A stretch of 64,000 bases of DNA from Spartobacteria bacterium (GCA_009930475.1 RZYC01000007.1:6188-70187), one strand, 5' to 3'. Shown: positions 1-9,840, counted from the first letter of the stretch. Translations and numbers: made by a program. Notes: generated from the sequence alone by a model not told the origin.

Positions 1-723
1 GCCCGCGATGCGGCCGAAAAAGGCGGCCTCCAGATGCAGGACATGGTTTCTGCAATGAACGATATTAATGCATCCAGTACACAGATCTCCAAGATCATTA
101 AAGTGATCGATGACATTGCGTTCCAAACCAATCTGCTGGCACTGAATGCGGCGGTGGAAGCGGCCCGCGCCGGAGTGCATGGTAAAGGGTTTGCTGTCGT
201 GGCCGATGAAGTGCGCAACCTTGCAGGGCGCAGCGCAAAAGCGGCAAAAGAAACCGCTGACCTGATTGATCAATCCGGTGGTAAAGTGTCCAGGGGTTTG
301 CAGGTCGCAGTAAATACGTCCAGTGCGATTCAGGAAATTATTACGCAAATCATCAAAGCGGCAGATCTGGTCAATGAAATCGCTGCCGCATCAAATGAAC
401 AAGCGGCCGGAGTCGCACAAATTAACATCGGCCTTGTTCAGGTAGACCAAATTACCCAGCAGAATACGGCCAATGCAGAGGAAACGGCAGCCGCGTCGCA
501 GGAACTGCTGGGACAGGCCCGCGAGCTGAAAAAACAAATTGAACAATTTACTTTAACGGAGTCCAAGATCGCTGATGCATCGGAACGACCCGGAAAACAG
601 CGAAACAACGTTCATTCCTCATCGCCTAAATATGCTTCATCCAACGACGGATGGAAGTCATTCACGCCATCACAAGGTATTTCCGACGAAGACCATGTCA
701 TTGATCTCGATGAGCACGTTTAA
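1..723 (+). CDS. Methyl-accepting chemotaxis protein, C-terminal signalling domain (5' end lies outside the window)
   Basis: Hallmark MCP hairpin [37 protein letters not shown]; frame is open from base 1 ([12 protein letters not shown]...). Confidence 0.95.
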   Translation, partial: ARDAAEKGGLQMQDMVSAMNDINASSTQISKIIKVIDDIAFQTNLLALNAAVEAARAGVHGKGFAVVADEVRNLAGRSAKAAKETADLIDQSGGKVSRGLQVAVNTSSAIQEIITQIIKAADLVNEIAAASNEQAAGVAQINIGLVQVDQITQQNTANAEETAAASQELLGQARELKKQIEQFTLTESKIADASERPGKQRNNVHSSSPKYASSNDGWKSFTPSQGISDEDHVIDLDEHV

Positions 724-744
724 CGCGCTCTGAATGCTTATTGC

Positions 745-831
745 ATCTTTTCCAGTCATTGGAACTTTTGAAAATAAAAGTTCCAATGACTGGAACGTTC
801 CCCAAAAATACTTCCAATGGCTGGAACGTTC
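745..831. repeat. Array of three 25-bp REP-like palindromes, 31-bp period (units start 745, 776, 807)
   Basis: Cores TTCCAGTCATTGGAA (750-764), TTCCAATGACTGGAA (781-795), TTCCAATGGCTGGAA (812-826); 750-769 and 776-795 are a perfect 20-bp inverted repeat; lies between convergent genes. Confidence 0.9.
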
Positions 832-841
832 CAGAACAGGG

Positions 842-2401
842 TTAATGGCGCGGGGCGGACGCATCAAATTCGATGCGTAGCATAGCACCGTCGGCATAGA
901 CTCCTACAACCAGCTGTTGCAGGACGGCCAGGGCATCAATCCAGGCTTTTATCTCGTTGATCTGCTGGCGCAACGCAAGAGTTCCACCCGCGTTATCCAT
1001 CAGCAATGCAAGACTGTATCCAGTAAGTGCAAGCCGCAGTGCTGTACCGCCATGCTCCAGATCAAACCACAGGGCGCCAAGACTTGCACCATTGATCTTT
1101 GTATGCATTTCTCGCGGCATGGACATAGCGAATTCCACTGGCTCAGATTGCTTTAAGATCTTTCTGAGTGATTCCAGATTCGTGCTTAAATACAGTGCGT
1201 TTTCTGACAGTGCAAAACCGACCTGTTCCGCTTTGGGACGTGAACCGTACTGATTTTCCGTGGTTCCGGCAATGGCATACAGATCCATTCCTGCTTCCTT
1301 TCCACTGGGGGCTACGATAATACCCCAGCGATACCTCGCATTGAGTGCATCAATATAGCTGCGAATCGCCTGCAGAACCGCGTCCCTGCTTTGTATGGCC
1401 GATCCGGCCACAAGTACGGGTAGTTTTAAACGAAAGTAGCGGCCGCTCTGTTCATCGCCATACAATGCTAACGCGGTCCAGCCCCGGAGCTGCTCACGCA
1501 ACGGATTGATGCCGTCAAGTGCATCTGGCGGAAGATAATAGTTTAGCAGGCCAAACAGGATCTCGTCAGTCATTTCTGTATAGGCGTGCGGGCCTCCGTC
1601 GAACAGACGCGTTTTCCAGTCGGTCTCTCCTGCATTCGCTGCCGGCGGCGGCAGCTGCATGGGCGTGAGTGCGACCCCGCACAATTGATCACCTGTCACG
1701 TCGGTCAAGCCAAATAAGGTGGACGTTGACGGAAAACACCAACCTTTCTGCAGCCATATCCTGTCCGGAGCATCCACTCTATCACGCCCCGCAATCTGCG
1801 TAATGAATGATGACTCGTCTGATCCTTGTCCGTTGAGTCCGAGATAATCGTTCAGGGCATAGCGCAGGGCATTGGCGTCAGGGGATATACAGGCGATCAC
1901 GCCGTTTTCTACAATGCAGAACTGTGCAATGCGCTGCTGCTCTGCGTTGCTGAGGCTGTACAGAATATACCCTTCGTAGACTCCATCAATGGTCATTCCC
2001 GGAATATCGACGTAGTTCAACAGGTGCCTGGCCCATATCGCTTTGGAGCCCAAACTGTCGATAATAATCCATGTCCCGACGCCATAGGTTCCGTAATCCG
2101 GTATATATCCACAGTACAACGTGTCCGAAAGGGCAAAACGAAGCAGACGCGCCGACAGCGGGTCGTTCAGAAGTGCCTCGACGTCATCAGATTGGATATC
2201 CATGCCTGACAATATACTTTCAACCAGTGGATTCGACAGTGCTTCCGGGATGCGGTCAACCAATGCGTCATGCGCTGAAACCATCTTGGCAAACGACGGG
2301 ATGGCTTTCAGCAGCTTTTCCGGCTGCTTCGGTTCCCAGCCTGTCCAGCAGATTAGTCCCGCAATAAAAAAGAGCGCCACACCCCATTTATACCGCCTCA
2401 T
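842..2401 (-). CDS. Hypothetical exported/membrane-anchored protein (519 aa)
   Basis: Long ORF with N-terminal basic + hydrophobic segment (MRRYKWGVALFFIAGLICWTG); ATGA overlap with pyrD stop; no recognisable family motif. Confidence 0.75.
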   Translation of the reverse strand: MRRYKWGVALFFIAGLICWTGWEPKQPEKLLKAIPSFAKMVSAHDALVDRIPEALSNPLVESILSGMDIQSDDVEALLNDPLSARLLRFALSDTLYCGYIPDYGTYGVGTWIIIDSLGSKAIWARHLLNYVDIPGMTIDGVYEGYILYSLSNAEQQRIAQFCIVENGVIACISPDANALRYALNDYLGLNGQGSDESSFITQIAGRDRVDAPDRIWLQKGWCFPSTSTLFGLTDVTGDQLCGVALTPMQLPPPAANAGETDWKTRLFDGGPHAYTEMTDEILFGLLNYYLPPDALDGINPLREQLRGWTALALYGDEQSGRYFRLKLPVLVAGSAIQSRDAVLQAIRSYIDALNARYRWGIIVAPSGKEAGMDLYAIAGTTENQYGSRPKAEQVGFALSENALYLSTNLESLRKILKQSEPVEFAMSMPREMHTKINGASLGALWFDLEHGGTALRLALTGYSLALLMDNAGGTLALRQQINEIKAWIDALAVLQQLVVGVYADGAMLRIEFDASAPRH

Positions 2402-3321
2402 CGATTCATATCCACTGTTCCGATCACTTCTGAAAGCGATGCGTATTCATGCCGCTGCATATAGGCCTCAATGCCGTCAATAATACGAAGCACCGTTCTC
2501 GGATCACGAAAAGTCGCCGTGCCGACGGCGACGGCCGACGCCCCGACAATCAAAAATTCCAGCGCATCATTCACTTCGTCGATACCCCCCATCCCCATCA
2601 CCGGAATCGACACCGACTTCGCTGCCTCCCAAACAAGCTTTACCGCCACCGGGTGAATAGCTGGCCCCGATAAACCGCCTGTTCCGTTGCCAAGAATCGG
2701 ACGACCTGTTTCCACATCAATGGCCAATGCCGGAAGTGTGTTTATCAGCGATAAACCATCAGCTCCACAAGATTCCGCCGCCTTTGCAAAAGCCGTGATA
2801 TCTGCCACATTCGGCGACAATTTGACAATCAGCGGAAGCTGGGTCTGCTTCCTTGCCGCATCTACCACTTCGCGAAATAAATCGAGATTGGTACCAAACA
2901 GATTCCCGCCCTGCTTGATATTGGGACAGGACACATTAAGCTCCAGACCAGCCACCCCGTCCAGCACATCAAAAGCACGAACCACCGCTTCATACTGCTC
3001 AATCGTGCGACCCCACACATTCACAATCAGGGGCACATCCAAGGTACGAAGAAACGGCATGTAGTCACTTACAAATTCCGCATAGCCGGGATTTTGCAAA
3101 CCAATGGCATTCATCATCCCGCTGCGCGTTTCATGAGTGCGTGGCAAAGGATTCCCCATCACAGGATCCATCGATATGCCTTTGACAACAATAGCACCGA
3201 GCCGATTTAAATCTAGATACGCAGCATATTCCGATCCATATCCAAAGGTTCCCGAAGCCACCGTCACCGGATTTTTCATCGCAATGCCGGCGAAGTTTAC
3301 AGTTAAATCTGGTTTTATCAT
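2398..3321 (-). CDS. pyrD: Dihydroorotate dehydrogenase (NAD+), catalytic subunit, family 1B
   Basis: KNPVTVASGTFGYG, GNPLPR, MMNAIGLQNPG, ELNVSCPN, VKLSPNV, GGLSGPAIHP, GMGGI; start reassigned to ATG 3321 (MIKPDLTV), 5 nt after the pyrK stop. Confidence 0.95.
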   Translation of the reverse strand: MIKPDLTVNFAGIAMKNPVTVASGTFGYGSEYAAYLDLNRLGAIVVKGISMDPVMGNPLPRTHETRSGMMNAIGLQNPGYAEFVSDYMPFLRTLDVPLIVNVWGRTIEQYEAVVRAFDVLDGVAGLELNVSCPNIKQGGNLFGTNLDLFREVVDAARKQTQLPLIVKLSPNVADITAFAKAAESCGADGLSLINTLPALAIDVETGRPILGNGTGGLSGPAIHPVAVKLVWEAAKSVSIPVMGMGGIDEVNDALEFLIVGASAVAVGTATFRDPRTVLRIIDGIEAYMQRHEYASLSEVIGTVDMNR

Positions 3322-3325
3322 ATTC

Positions 3326-4102
3326 TTACTCCCACACAATGGTCCGACATTCAAAGACCGGGCCATCCTTGCAAACCCTCGCCAGCTTTTCCTGCCCATC
3401 ATAGTTAATTTTCTGTACACAGGCCAGACAAGCCCCAACCCCACACGCCATATGATGATCCAGCGATATCCATGCCGTCGCGCCCCATTGCATTCCGCGT
3501 TCCGATACGGCCTTCAACATGCCCTCCGGTCCGCAGGCAAACAGCTCTGCCTTATCACCATATTCCTGCAAGACCCCATCCAATACCTGCGTGACAAATC
3601 CCTTTGTTCCCATCGACCCATCGTCCGTCGTCACACGCACATCCCATCCCAACGACGCAAATTCATCCAAGCACAACATATCGTCTGCCGTGCGGCCCCC
3701 CGCAATCAATATTCCCTTTTTTGGACTGCGCTTCGCTACCAGATACAATGCCGCCACACCATAACCGCCCGCCACCAGCACAGGTGTTTTGTGCACAGCA
3801 ACATCAGGGTATCCATTCCCCAGCGGCCCCATCACATCCATTGTCGTTCCCGCCTTCAGTGTCGCCATACCGCGCGTCCCCTCACCCACCTTTTTATATA
3901 AAACACTCAACACCCCGTTCTCGTCAGCCCGATAAATACTAAACGGACGACGCAACACCAAATCAGGCCGATTCGGAATACGTAAATGAACAAACTGCCC
4001 GGGCCGCACGACGCCCGTCATGTCCGGTACGTACAAAGCCATCAGTACATACCCACTCTGTACCGGATCGTTGTATTGAATTGTAACCTTTTCCAGCAGC
4101 AT
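3326..4102 (-). CDS. pyrK: Dihydroorotate dehydrogenase electron transfer subunit
   Basis: PGQFV, LRRPFSI, GPLGNG, VAGGYG, ACGPEGML, [2Fe-2S] motif MACGVGACLAC...RVCKDGPVF; directly upstream of pyrD. Confidence 0.95.
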   Translation of the reverse strand: MLLEKVTIQYNDPVQSGYVLMALYVPDMTGVVRPGQFVHLRIPNRPDLVLRRPFSIYRADENGVLSVLYKKVGEGTRGMATLKAGTTMDVMGPLGNGYPDVAVHKTPVLVAGGYGVAALYLVAKRSPKKGILIAGGRTADDMLCLDEFASLGWDVRVTTDDGSMGTKGFVTQVLDGVLQEYGDKAELFACGPEGMLKAVSERGMQWGATAWISLDHHMACGVGACLACVQKINYDGQEKLARVCKDGPVFECRTIVWE

Positions 4103-4180
4103 AAACCCAGCCTTCCATCGTTTTCATTCCCAAAATACGTGACATCAAATACCTAATTCGGTCGTAAATACAAATAAAAT

Positions 4181-4246
4181 ATTACTATTCTGCCTTTTTA
4201 TTATTTTTATCTTGATCTAATCACCCCCATCTGCCACCCTGGCACC
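4181..4246 (+). promoter_or_regulatory. Putative leaderless promoter of RAYT copy 1 with upstream 21-bp box
   Basis: ATTACTATTCTGCCTTTTTAT (4181-4201), N9, C, TTGATC (4212-17), N17, CACCCT (4235-40), N6, ATG 4247; same geometry at the other three copies; no Shine-Dalgarno. Confidence 0.6.
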
Positions 4247-5209
4247 ATGAAACATCGAATTAAACAATCCCCCCTCGCCTACTACCATTGCATGAGCCGA
4301 ATTGTCGGTCGTCAAATGCTGCTGGGCGAAATAGAAAAAGAACACATGCACTCTCTGATCCGACGCATTGAAGGCTTCACAGGGGTGCGTGTTCTGACCT
4401 ATGCAATCATGACAAATCATGTGCATCTACTCCTTGAAGAGCCTGATAGAGATACGGTTATTTCGGACGAAGAATTCAACCGACGGATGACATTCCTTTA
4501 TTCGGAGGCGGAGTTGGTTGACTTGAAAGAGCGCTGGGCGATGTGGGATGCGGCCAGTGTCGAAGCCGACAAGAGACGCTATCTGGTGCGAATGCACGAT
4601 ATCAGTGAATTCATGAAGCAATTAAAGCAGCGATTTTCTCGCTGGTACAATCAAAGGAATCAGCGATCAGGTGCATTGTGGGATACACGGTTTAAAAGCG
4701 TATTAGTCCAACCGGGATTACCATTACGAACGGTTGCGGCGTACATTGAAATGAATCCTGTTCGGGCAGGCATGGAAAAAAGTCCCCACTTCTACCGCTA
4801 TTGCGGCTTTGGGGAAGCCATTGGCGGAAATTCAAAAGCACGCGAGGGCATTCGCCTGATCACTAAATCGATGGATACCACATTGCATACCTGGCATGAA
4901 GTGTCAGCCCATTATTTGGAACGGATTCTAATGTATGATGACGTACGAAAACACCCGGAACAGGCATGCACTGATCACGATTATCTGCGCAGCAAGCTTG
5001 GTAATAAACTGAAACTGACCGATTTCGAACGACTTCTGTGTCGATGCCGTTACTTTACAGATGGACGGATTATTGGCAGCCGCGCCTTTGTTGACGCATA
5101 TTTTGAGGAACACAGACATGATTTTGGAACCAGGCGAATTTGCGGTGCGCGAAAAATCAAAGGTGGCTGGGATGCTCTTTTTGCGATAAGGGAACTTGTC
5201 GACTGGTAA
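4247..5209 (+). CDS. RAYT-like Y1 (HUH) tyrosine transposase, copy 1 (320 aa)
   Basis: YYHCMSRIVGR, HUH motif YAIMTNHVHLLL, GALWDTRFKSVLV, catalytic-Tyr motif AAYIEMNPVRAG. Confidence 0.9.
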   Translation: MKHRIKQSPLAYYHCMSRIVGRQMLLGEIEKEHMHSLIRRIEGFTGVRVLTYAIMTNHVHLLLEEPDRDTVISDEEFNRRMTFLYSEAELVDLKERWAMWDAASVEADKRRYLVRMHDISEFMKQLKQRFSRWYNQRNQRSGALWDTRFKSVLVQPGLPLRTVAAYIEMNPVRAGMEKSPHFYRYCGFGEAIGGNSKAREGIRLITKSMDTTLHTWHEVSAHYLERILMYDDVRKHPEQACTDHDYLRSKLGNKLKLTDFERLLCRCRYFTDGRIIGSRAFVDAYFEEHRHDFGTRRICGARKIKGGWDALFAIRELVDW

Positions 5210-5317
5210 CATCTATCATTTGACTTTTCCCTGTGATGCCTTAATAGTTCACTTTTACTTTGAGTTTATTTTTATGGAGCATCTTTTCTCAAACATACGA
5301 AATACGCAAGGATTCAC

Positions 5318-6067
5318 ATGACGTTCATACCCATTTTTCCAGCACCTGCCGCCTTGGTTTTCTCGCTGATGGAAAGTAGTGGACCAGGAAAGATCATCAT
5401 TTTAGTATTGGTCATTGCGTCCATTTTTGCATGGACTGTAATGATTTCGAAAGGACTAGATCTCTATAGTGTCAAACAGAAGAATCAACAGTTTAAAGAA
5501 GCATTTAAAGCCTACAACAATCCCACAACACTTCATGATCGCCGCACACAACTCAGCGTATGTCCACTTAGTGTCGTTTATTTTACGGGCTGCGAGAACC
5601 TGTATAAACTCATCGAAGAAATTGACGCGGCCAGAACGACGGACTCCGTACTAACGCAACCGCTTGGTTCATGGGATGACGACAAAACACATATCACGCC
5701 AAGCCAAATGGAGCTGGTTCGCAACCAAATTGATACGGAAACAGCGAATCAATATATAAAACTTGAGCAACACATGGGGATTCTCGCCAGTGCCGTAAGC
5801 ACCAGCCCCTTTTTAGGACTGCTCGGCACCGTATGGGGTGTTATGGAAGCATTTAGCGGCATGGCGGTTACGGGATCGGCGACATTGTCATCGGTCGCTC
5901 CGGGAATATCCAGTGCTCTGCTGACGACCATCGTTGGTCTGATTATCGCTATTCCATCTGCCATTGGATATAATTACCTATCCAACTGTATTCACAATCT
6001 TGGCATTGATATGGAAAATTTTGCAGATGAATTAACCACACGCATACACATTCAATTTGTCAAATAA
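5318..6067 (+). CDS. MotA/TolQ/ExbB proton channel protein
   Basis: LASAVSTSPFLGLLGTVWGVMEAF...VAPGISSALLTTIVGLIIAIPSAIGYN; AAGGA RBS before ATG. Confidence 0.92.
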   Translation: MTFIPIFPAPAALVFSLMESSGPGKIIILVLVIASIFAWTVMISKGLDLYSVKQKNQQFKEAFKAYNNPTTLHDRRTQLSVCPLSVVYFTGCENLYKLIEEIDAARTTDSVLTQPLGSWDDDKTHITPSQMELVRNQIDTETANQYIKLEQHMGILASAVSTSPFLGLLGTVWGVMEAFSGMAVTGSATLSSVAPGISSALLTTIVGLIIAIPSAIGYNYLSNCIHNLGIDMENFADELTTRIHIQFVK

Positions 6068-6091
6068 ACCATCCCGGCAGAGGCGCTACAC

Positions 6092-6502
6092 ATGAAACGG
6101 AAGCACAAACTGACCCGGGCAAGGCCAATCAGCGAGATTAATCTGACCCCGTTGATGGATTTGACGTTCATCCTCCTCATCACCTTCATTATCACTTTTC
6201 CTCTCATTGAACAGGGCATTCCCGTCAACCTGCCTCAAGGACAGGCCGAAGAACTCGACCCAGAAAAAACGCGCACCATTACATTGGATATCAGCGGGCA
6301 GGTGTATCTGGATGACCAGCCCATTGGAAAAGAGGCTTTAACCACGGAAATGAACACGCTGGCTCAGGCAAACCCCGAAATGATCATACTGGTACGAGCC
6401 GATGAAACCCTTAAATACGGCACAGTCGTAGACATCATGCGCATACTGAATCAAGCCGGCATGTCGAAGGTTGCACTGGTTACCCGTGCAGACAACGGTT
6501 AG
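6092..6502 (+). CDS. ExbD/TolR biopolymer transport protein
   Basis: EINLTPLMDLTFILLITFII, IPVNLP, VRADETLKYGTVVDIM. Confidence 0.92.
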   Translation: MKRKHKLTRARPISEINLTPLMDLTFILLITFIITFPLIEQGIPVNLPQGQAEELDPEKTRTITLDISGQVYLDDQPIGKEALTTEMNTLAQANPEMIILVRADETLKYGTVVDIMRILNQAGMSKVALVTRADNG

Positions 6503-6510
6503 TACGTAAA

Positions 6511-7374
6511 ATGGATAAGACGTTTAAAACATCTTTCAAAGTCAGTGCAATAGTGCATTCCTGCATTATTTTACTTTTGATTTTTATCCCCTTAATTCGC
6601 GGATGCATTGAAAAACTGCATCGTAAACCCCGTGAAATAGTCACTTTTGTAAGCTTGCAACAGGCACCTCCAGCGCCGGTCATCACAGAACCTGAACCCA
6701 AACCGGAATCACCCAATCCAAAAGAATCTATACCCGACAACATCAAAAAGATGCCTGAGCCCAAACCGTCTCCCACGCCCGTCCCCACAAAAAAAGCAAC
6801 GGCGACAGCGCAACCGACTATAACACCCACACCAACAGCGACGGCAGTAGCAACGGCGACAGCGACAGCAAAGCCATCCAGCACACCTAGACCACAACCA
6901 ACGGCCACACGAAAACCAAAGCCAAAGCCGACAAAAAAACCGATTCCTCGTCCAAAACCACGCATCATTTCGCGAAAGACACCCATGCCCCGCATTACGC
7001 AAAATGATATTCGGGATCTGCTTTCATCAGAACTATCATCCAGTCCGTCTCAAAACACGAGTAGCAGAAGCAGTGCAGGAAGCACCTCGACCACTCCACA
7101 GTGGTATTATCAGAACATCCAGCAAACCATGTACAACAACTGGAACCAGCCAACCAGTCTCACCGCCGGGATAGGACGCGTCGTGGACGTCAGACTGCGA
7201 ATAAACCGCGACGGATCAATCGCTTCTAAACGCATTACAGCCCCATCCGGCATCGGCGCACTAGATCGTTCTGTACAGGATGCACTTGATAAAACAGCGC
7301 GACTAAGCCCGCTTCCTTCTTCCATTAATGAACCCTACTTAGATATCACCGTTGAATTCATTTTAGAAAGATGA
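6511..7374 (+). CDS. TonB/TolA-like energy transducer
   Basis: N-terminal TM with SxxxH (SAIVHSC), long Pro/Thr/Lys-rich linker, C-terminal TonB_C-like domain (W..P...V.LRINRDGSI...SG..ALD.SV..A). Confidence 0.85.
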   Translation: MDKTFKTSFKVSAIVHSCIILLLIFIPLIRGCIEKLHRKPREIVTFVSLQQAPPAPVITEPEPKPESPNPKESIPDNIKKMPEPKPSPTPVPTKKATATAQPTITPTPTATAVATATATAKPSSTPRPQPTATRKPKPKPTKKPIPRPKPRIISRKTPMPRITQNDIRDLLSSELSSSPSQNTSSRSSAGSTSTTPQWYYQNIQQTMYNNWNQPTSLTAGIGRVVDVRLRINRDGSIASKRITAPSGIGALDRSVQDALDKTARLSPLPSSINEPYLDITVEFILER

Positions 7375-8393
7375 CCCAAATAACAAAAAAGCATTTCTCG
7401 CGAGGCATATTAGACCACATTAACCAGGTGCTAGGCCATGCATCCAGATCTCCCAGGGTAGGATTGGCTCTCGGGTCAGGAGCCGCACGTGGCTGTGCTC
7501 ATTTCGGAGTCATCGCCGCATTAAAAGAAGCGGGCATCCCCATTCACTGCATTGCCGGAACAAGCGCGGGCGCACTGGCAGGCGCATCGCTGGCATGCGG
7601 AACACTGGACGCCTTTGAAAAACGTGTACGATCACTTACGCTGAAAGACGTACTCTTTTTCTTCTCAGAACTACCGCTCAATCGTCAGGGATTAATCGAA
7701 GGGCGCCGCGTCATGGAATTCGTCCGTGAATTTATTCCGGTCGAACGCATCGAAGACCTGAGCATCCCGTTTCGATGCATTGCAACTGGGTTACAAACCG
7801 GCGAACCCATGGTATTTGATTCGGGCAACGTATTAGATGCTGTTCGCGCAAGTATCTCCATTCCCGGACTGTTTGTCCCTGTTCAGCGCAACGATAAATG
7901 GCTTATCGACGGTGCCATGTGTAATCCTGTACCCGTCGATCAGGTAAGGGAAATGGGTGCGGACTTCGTCATCGCAGTCGACGTAAACCAGCCCCACTCC
8001 AATCCTGATCCTCCCTCCCCCGCAGCATCGTTGGCGGAAAAATCCGACGAAGAGAAAACGACACCGGTTCCGTTCACCCCCATAAAAACAAAGCTCCAGG
8101 CATTGTTCTCACAAATTGAGTTCCCCCCGTGGAACCACAATACAGAGCAAAACAGTTCCAACCACCAGCCATTGAACATGATCGAAGTATCGCTGGTTGC
8201 TCTTCACCTTATGGAGGCTAGGCTGTCCCGTCTACAACTAACATTGCATCCACCAGATTTACTGATCGAACCTCACGCGTTTGACATCAACGTATTTGAA
8301 TTTTACCGAGCCAGCGAAATCATTGAACGCGGGCATGCCATCGCGCAACAGAGCTTGTCGTCTTTTCCTGCATTGCATCCCGATCACGACTAG
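7371..8393 (+). CDS. Patatin-like phospholipase (RssA/NTE family)
   Basis: GLALGSGAARG, GTSAG nucleophile motif, RASISIPGLF, LIDGA; ATGA overlap with the tonB-like gene. Confidence 0.92.
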   Translation: MTQITKKHFSRGILDHINQVLGHASRSPRVGLALGSGAARGCAHFGVIAALKEAGIPIHCIAGTSAGALAGASLACGTLDAFEKRVRSLTLKDVLFFFSELPLNRQGLIEGRRVMEFVREFIPVERIEDLSIPFRCIATGLQTGEPMVFDSGNVLDAVRASISIPGLFVPVQRNDKWLIDGAMCNPVPVDQVREMGADFVIAVDVNQPHSNPDPPSPAASLAEKSDEEKTTPVPFTPIKTKLQALFSQIEFPPWNHNTEQNSSNHQPLNMIEVSLVALHLMEARLSRLQLTLHPPDLLIEPHAFDINVFEFYRASEIIERGHAIAQQSLSSFPALHPDHD

Positions 8394-8451
8394 CTCCCAC
8401 CCCATGCACCATTAATCGACGGAATGAGATTTCCAATATTAATTTCGCTGA

Positions 8452-8488
8452 TGTCAATTTAAAATTTATAGTTAGTCTGATTTATTAG
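8452..8488 (-). repeat. Orphan copy of the RAYT-upstream unit (21-bp box, N9, ATTGACA) with no downstream gene
   Basis: Minus strand reads CTAATAAATCAGACTAACTAT-AAATTTTAA-ATTGACA; near-identical to the triplet at 50111-50229; lies between convergent genes. Confidence 0.7.
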
Positions 8489-8531
8489 GCGTGGGCGGGG
8501 CGGGCGAATCATTCTACCCGAAGCCTACGTT

Positions 8532-9086
8532 TTAGAATGAAACATTTGGAGCCTGTTCGGCACCTTCGACAGCTTCGAATGGCTTACGCGGGTTGAAGCC
8601 CATCATTCCGGCAAAAAAGACGGTGGGAATCTTGCGGATTCTGACGTTATAACCGCGAACGGCCTCATTATAACGACGACGTTCAACGGATATCCGATTT
8701 TCTGTCCCAGCAAGTTCGTCTTGGAGCGCCATGAAATTCTGGTTCGCTTTTAAGTCGGGATAATTTTCGGATACAACAATTAATCGGCCAAGAGCACTTT
8801 CAAGCATAGAACCGGCACGGGATTTATCTTCCTGCGTTTTGGCTGAGCCCCATTGACTGCGCAAACGGGTAATCTCTTCCAACAGTTCTTTTTCATGAGA
8901 GGCATAACCCTTTACCGTATTGACTAGATTGGGAATTAGGTCAAAGCGCCGTTGTAAAACGGTTTCTACATTGGCCCATGCGGTATTACAGGATTCGTCT
9001 TGTGCGACCAGTCCATTATACTGGCCAAAAAGCATCATGCCCATGACCACCGCCACTGCCAAAATAATCAATAATACTTTATTCAT
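8532..9086 (-). CDS. lemA: LemA family protein
   Basis: YNGLV...AWANVETVLQRRFDLIPNLVNTVKGYASHE...ENYPDLKANQNF..LQDELAGTENRISVERRRYN. Confidence 0.95.
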   Translation of the reverse strand: MNKVLLIILAVAVVMGMMLFGQYNGLVAQDESCNTAWANVETVLQRRFDLIPNLVNTVKGYASHEKELLEEITRLRSQWGSAKTQEDKSRAGSMLESALGRLIVVSENYPDLKANQNFMALQDELAGTENRISVERRRYNEAVRGYNVRIRKIPTVFFAGMMGFNPRKPFEAVEGAEQAPNVSF

Positions 9087-9822
9087 AACGTACTCCTATG
9101 CTGGTTTCCTTAAATTTGAGTGCGTCGACCGCGTTGATAACACACTCAATCGTCCGCATGAATGCGGAAAATACATTTTCGGCCTCTTTCGCTGTGATGG
9201 CACGGATTCCGTCCCGATGTTCCTGAATTTTGCGAATCGCTCCTAAATCAAAGGGGACATAGCGCGATAATTGCTCGATGGCTTCAAATTTTTTGGGCGG
9301 GACATCTTCGCGCTGATATAATCGCAAAACGGCTTTAAAAAGAGAAAAAAAGGACGATGATGACTCATCCAGTAACGCGATGATCTGTTTGGGTTTGGCT
9401 CCAGTAAGCAAAAACCGTTCTCTGAGCAGGATCAATTTCCCCCTCAGCTCTCGCTCCAGCTGCAAGCGCAAATGGGAATCCTCCAGAACCAGTTCCGCAA
9501 ACAGATCCTCTCCATAAAGGAGACGATGGCATTGCATAATATCAGAAAACTCTACGGGAAACGCGTCGGCCGAGGAAATCAGCTGGGCTTTTGTAAATAG
9601 TAAAGGGGAGGGATTCCCCTGTTTCGTCCAGCGCATCGCCATGGGGGAGAGCCTTTTCAGAATATCCAAATTCATCTCTGAAAGAATAATGAGTATATTG
9701 TAATCCGATTTTTTCTCATTGTAATCGCCGGCCGCCTGCGATCCGTACAGAATGACCGACACCAAATTACGTCCGAGCAATCGCTCCAGCTCGTGTGAAA
9801 AGTATCCACTGTCCATATTCAT
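9079..9822 (-). CDS. Nucleotidyltransferase-fold protein (LemA/TPM-associated)
   Basis: SVILYGSQAAGDY...SDYNILII pol-beta-type motif; sits between the TPM and lemA genes. Confidence 0.75.
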   Translation of the reverse strand: MNMDSGYFSHELERLLGRNLVSVILYGSQAAGDYNEKKSDYNILIILSEMNLDILKRLSPMAMRWTKQGNPSPLLFTKAQLISSADAFPVEFSDIMQCHRLLYGEDLFAELVLEDSHLRLQLERELRGKLILLRERFLLTGAKPKQIIALLDESSSSFFSLFKAVLRLYQREDVPPKKFEAIEQLSRYVPFDLGAIRKIQEHRDGIRAITAKEAENVFSAFMRTIECVINAVDALKFKETSIGVRYE

Positions 9823-9840
9823 ATAAGCATTATCCCTTCC

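Noticed and set aside
4103-4180. PyrR attenuator upstream of pyrK
   Set aside because: No PyrR binding-loop consensus or terminator/antiterminator pair is visible.
4247-5209. IS200/IS605 element with a TnpB/IscB cargo
   Set aside because: No RuvC-type ORF lies next to any of the four Y1 genes; the neighbours are housekeeping genes.
6480-6995. 171-aa minus-strand ORF with VAVAV repeats
   Set aside because: It is the antisense shadow of the low-complexity TonB linker.
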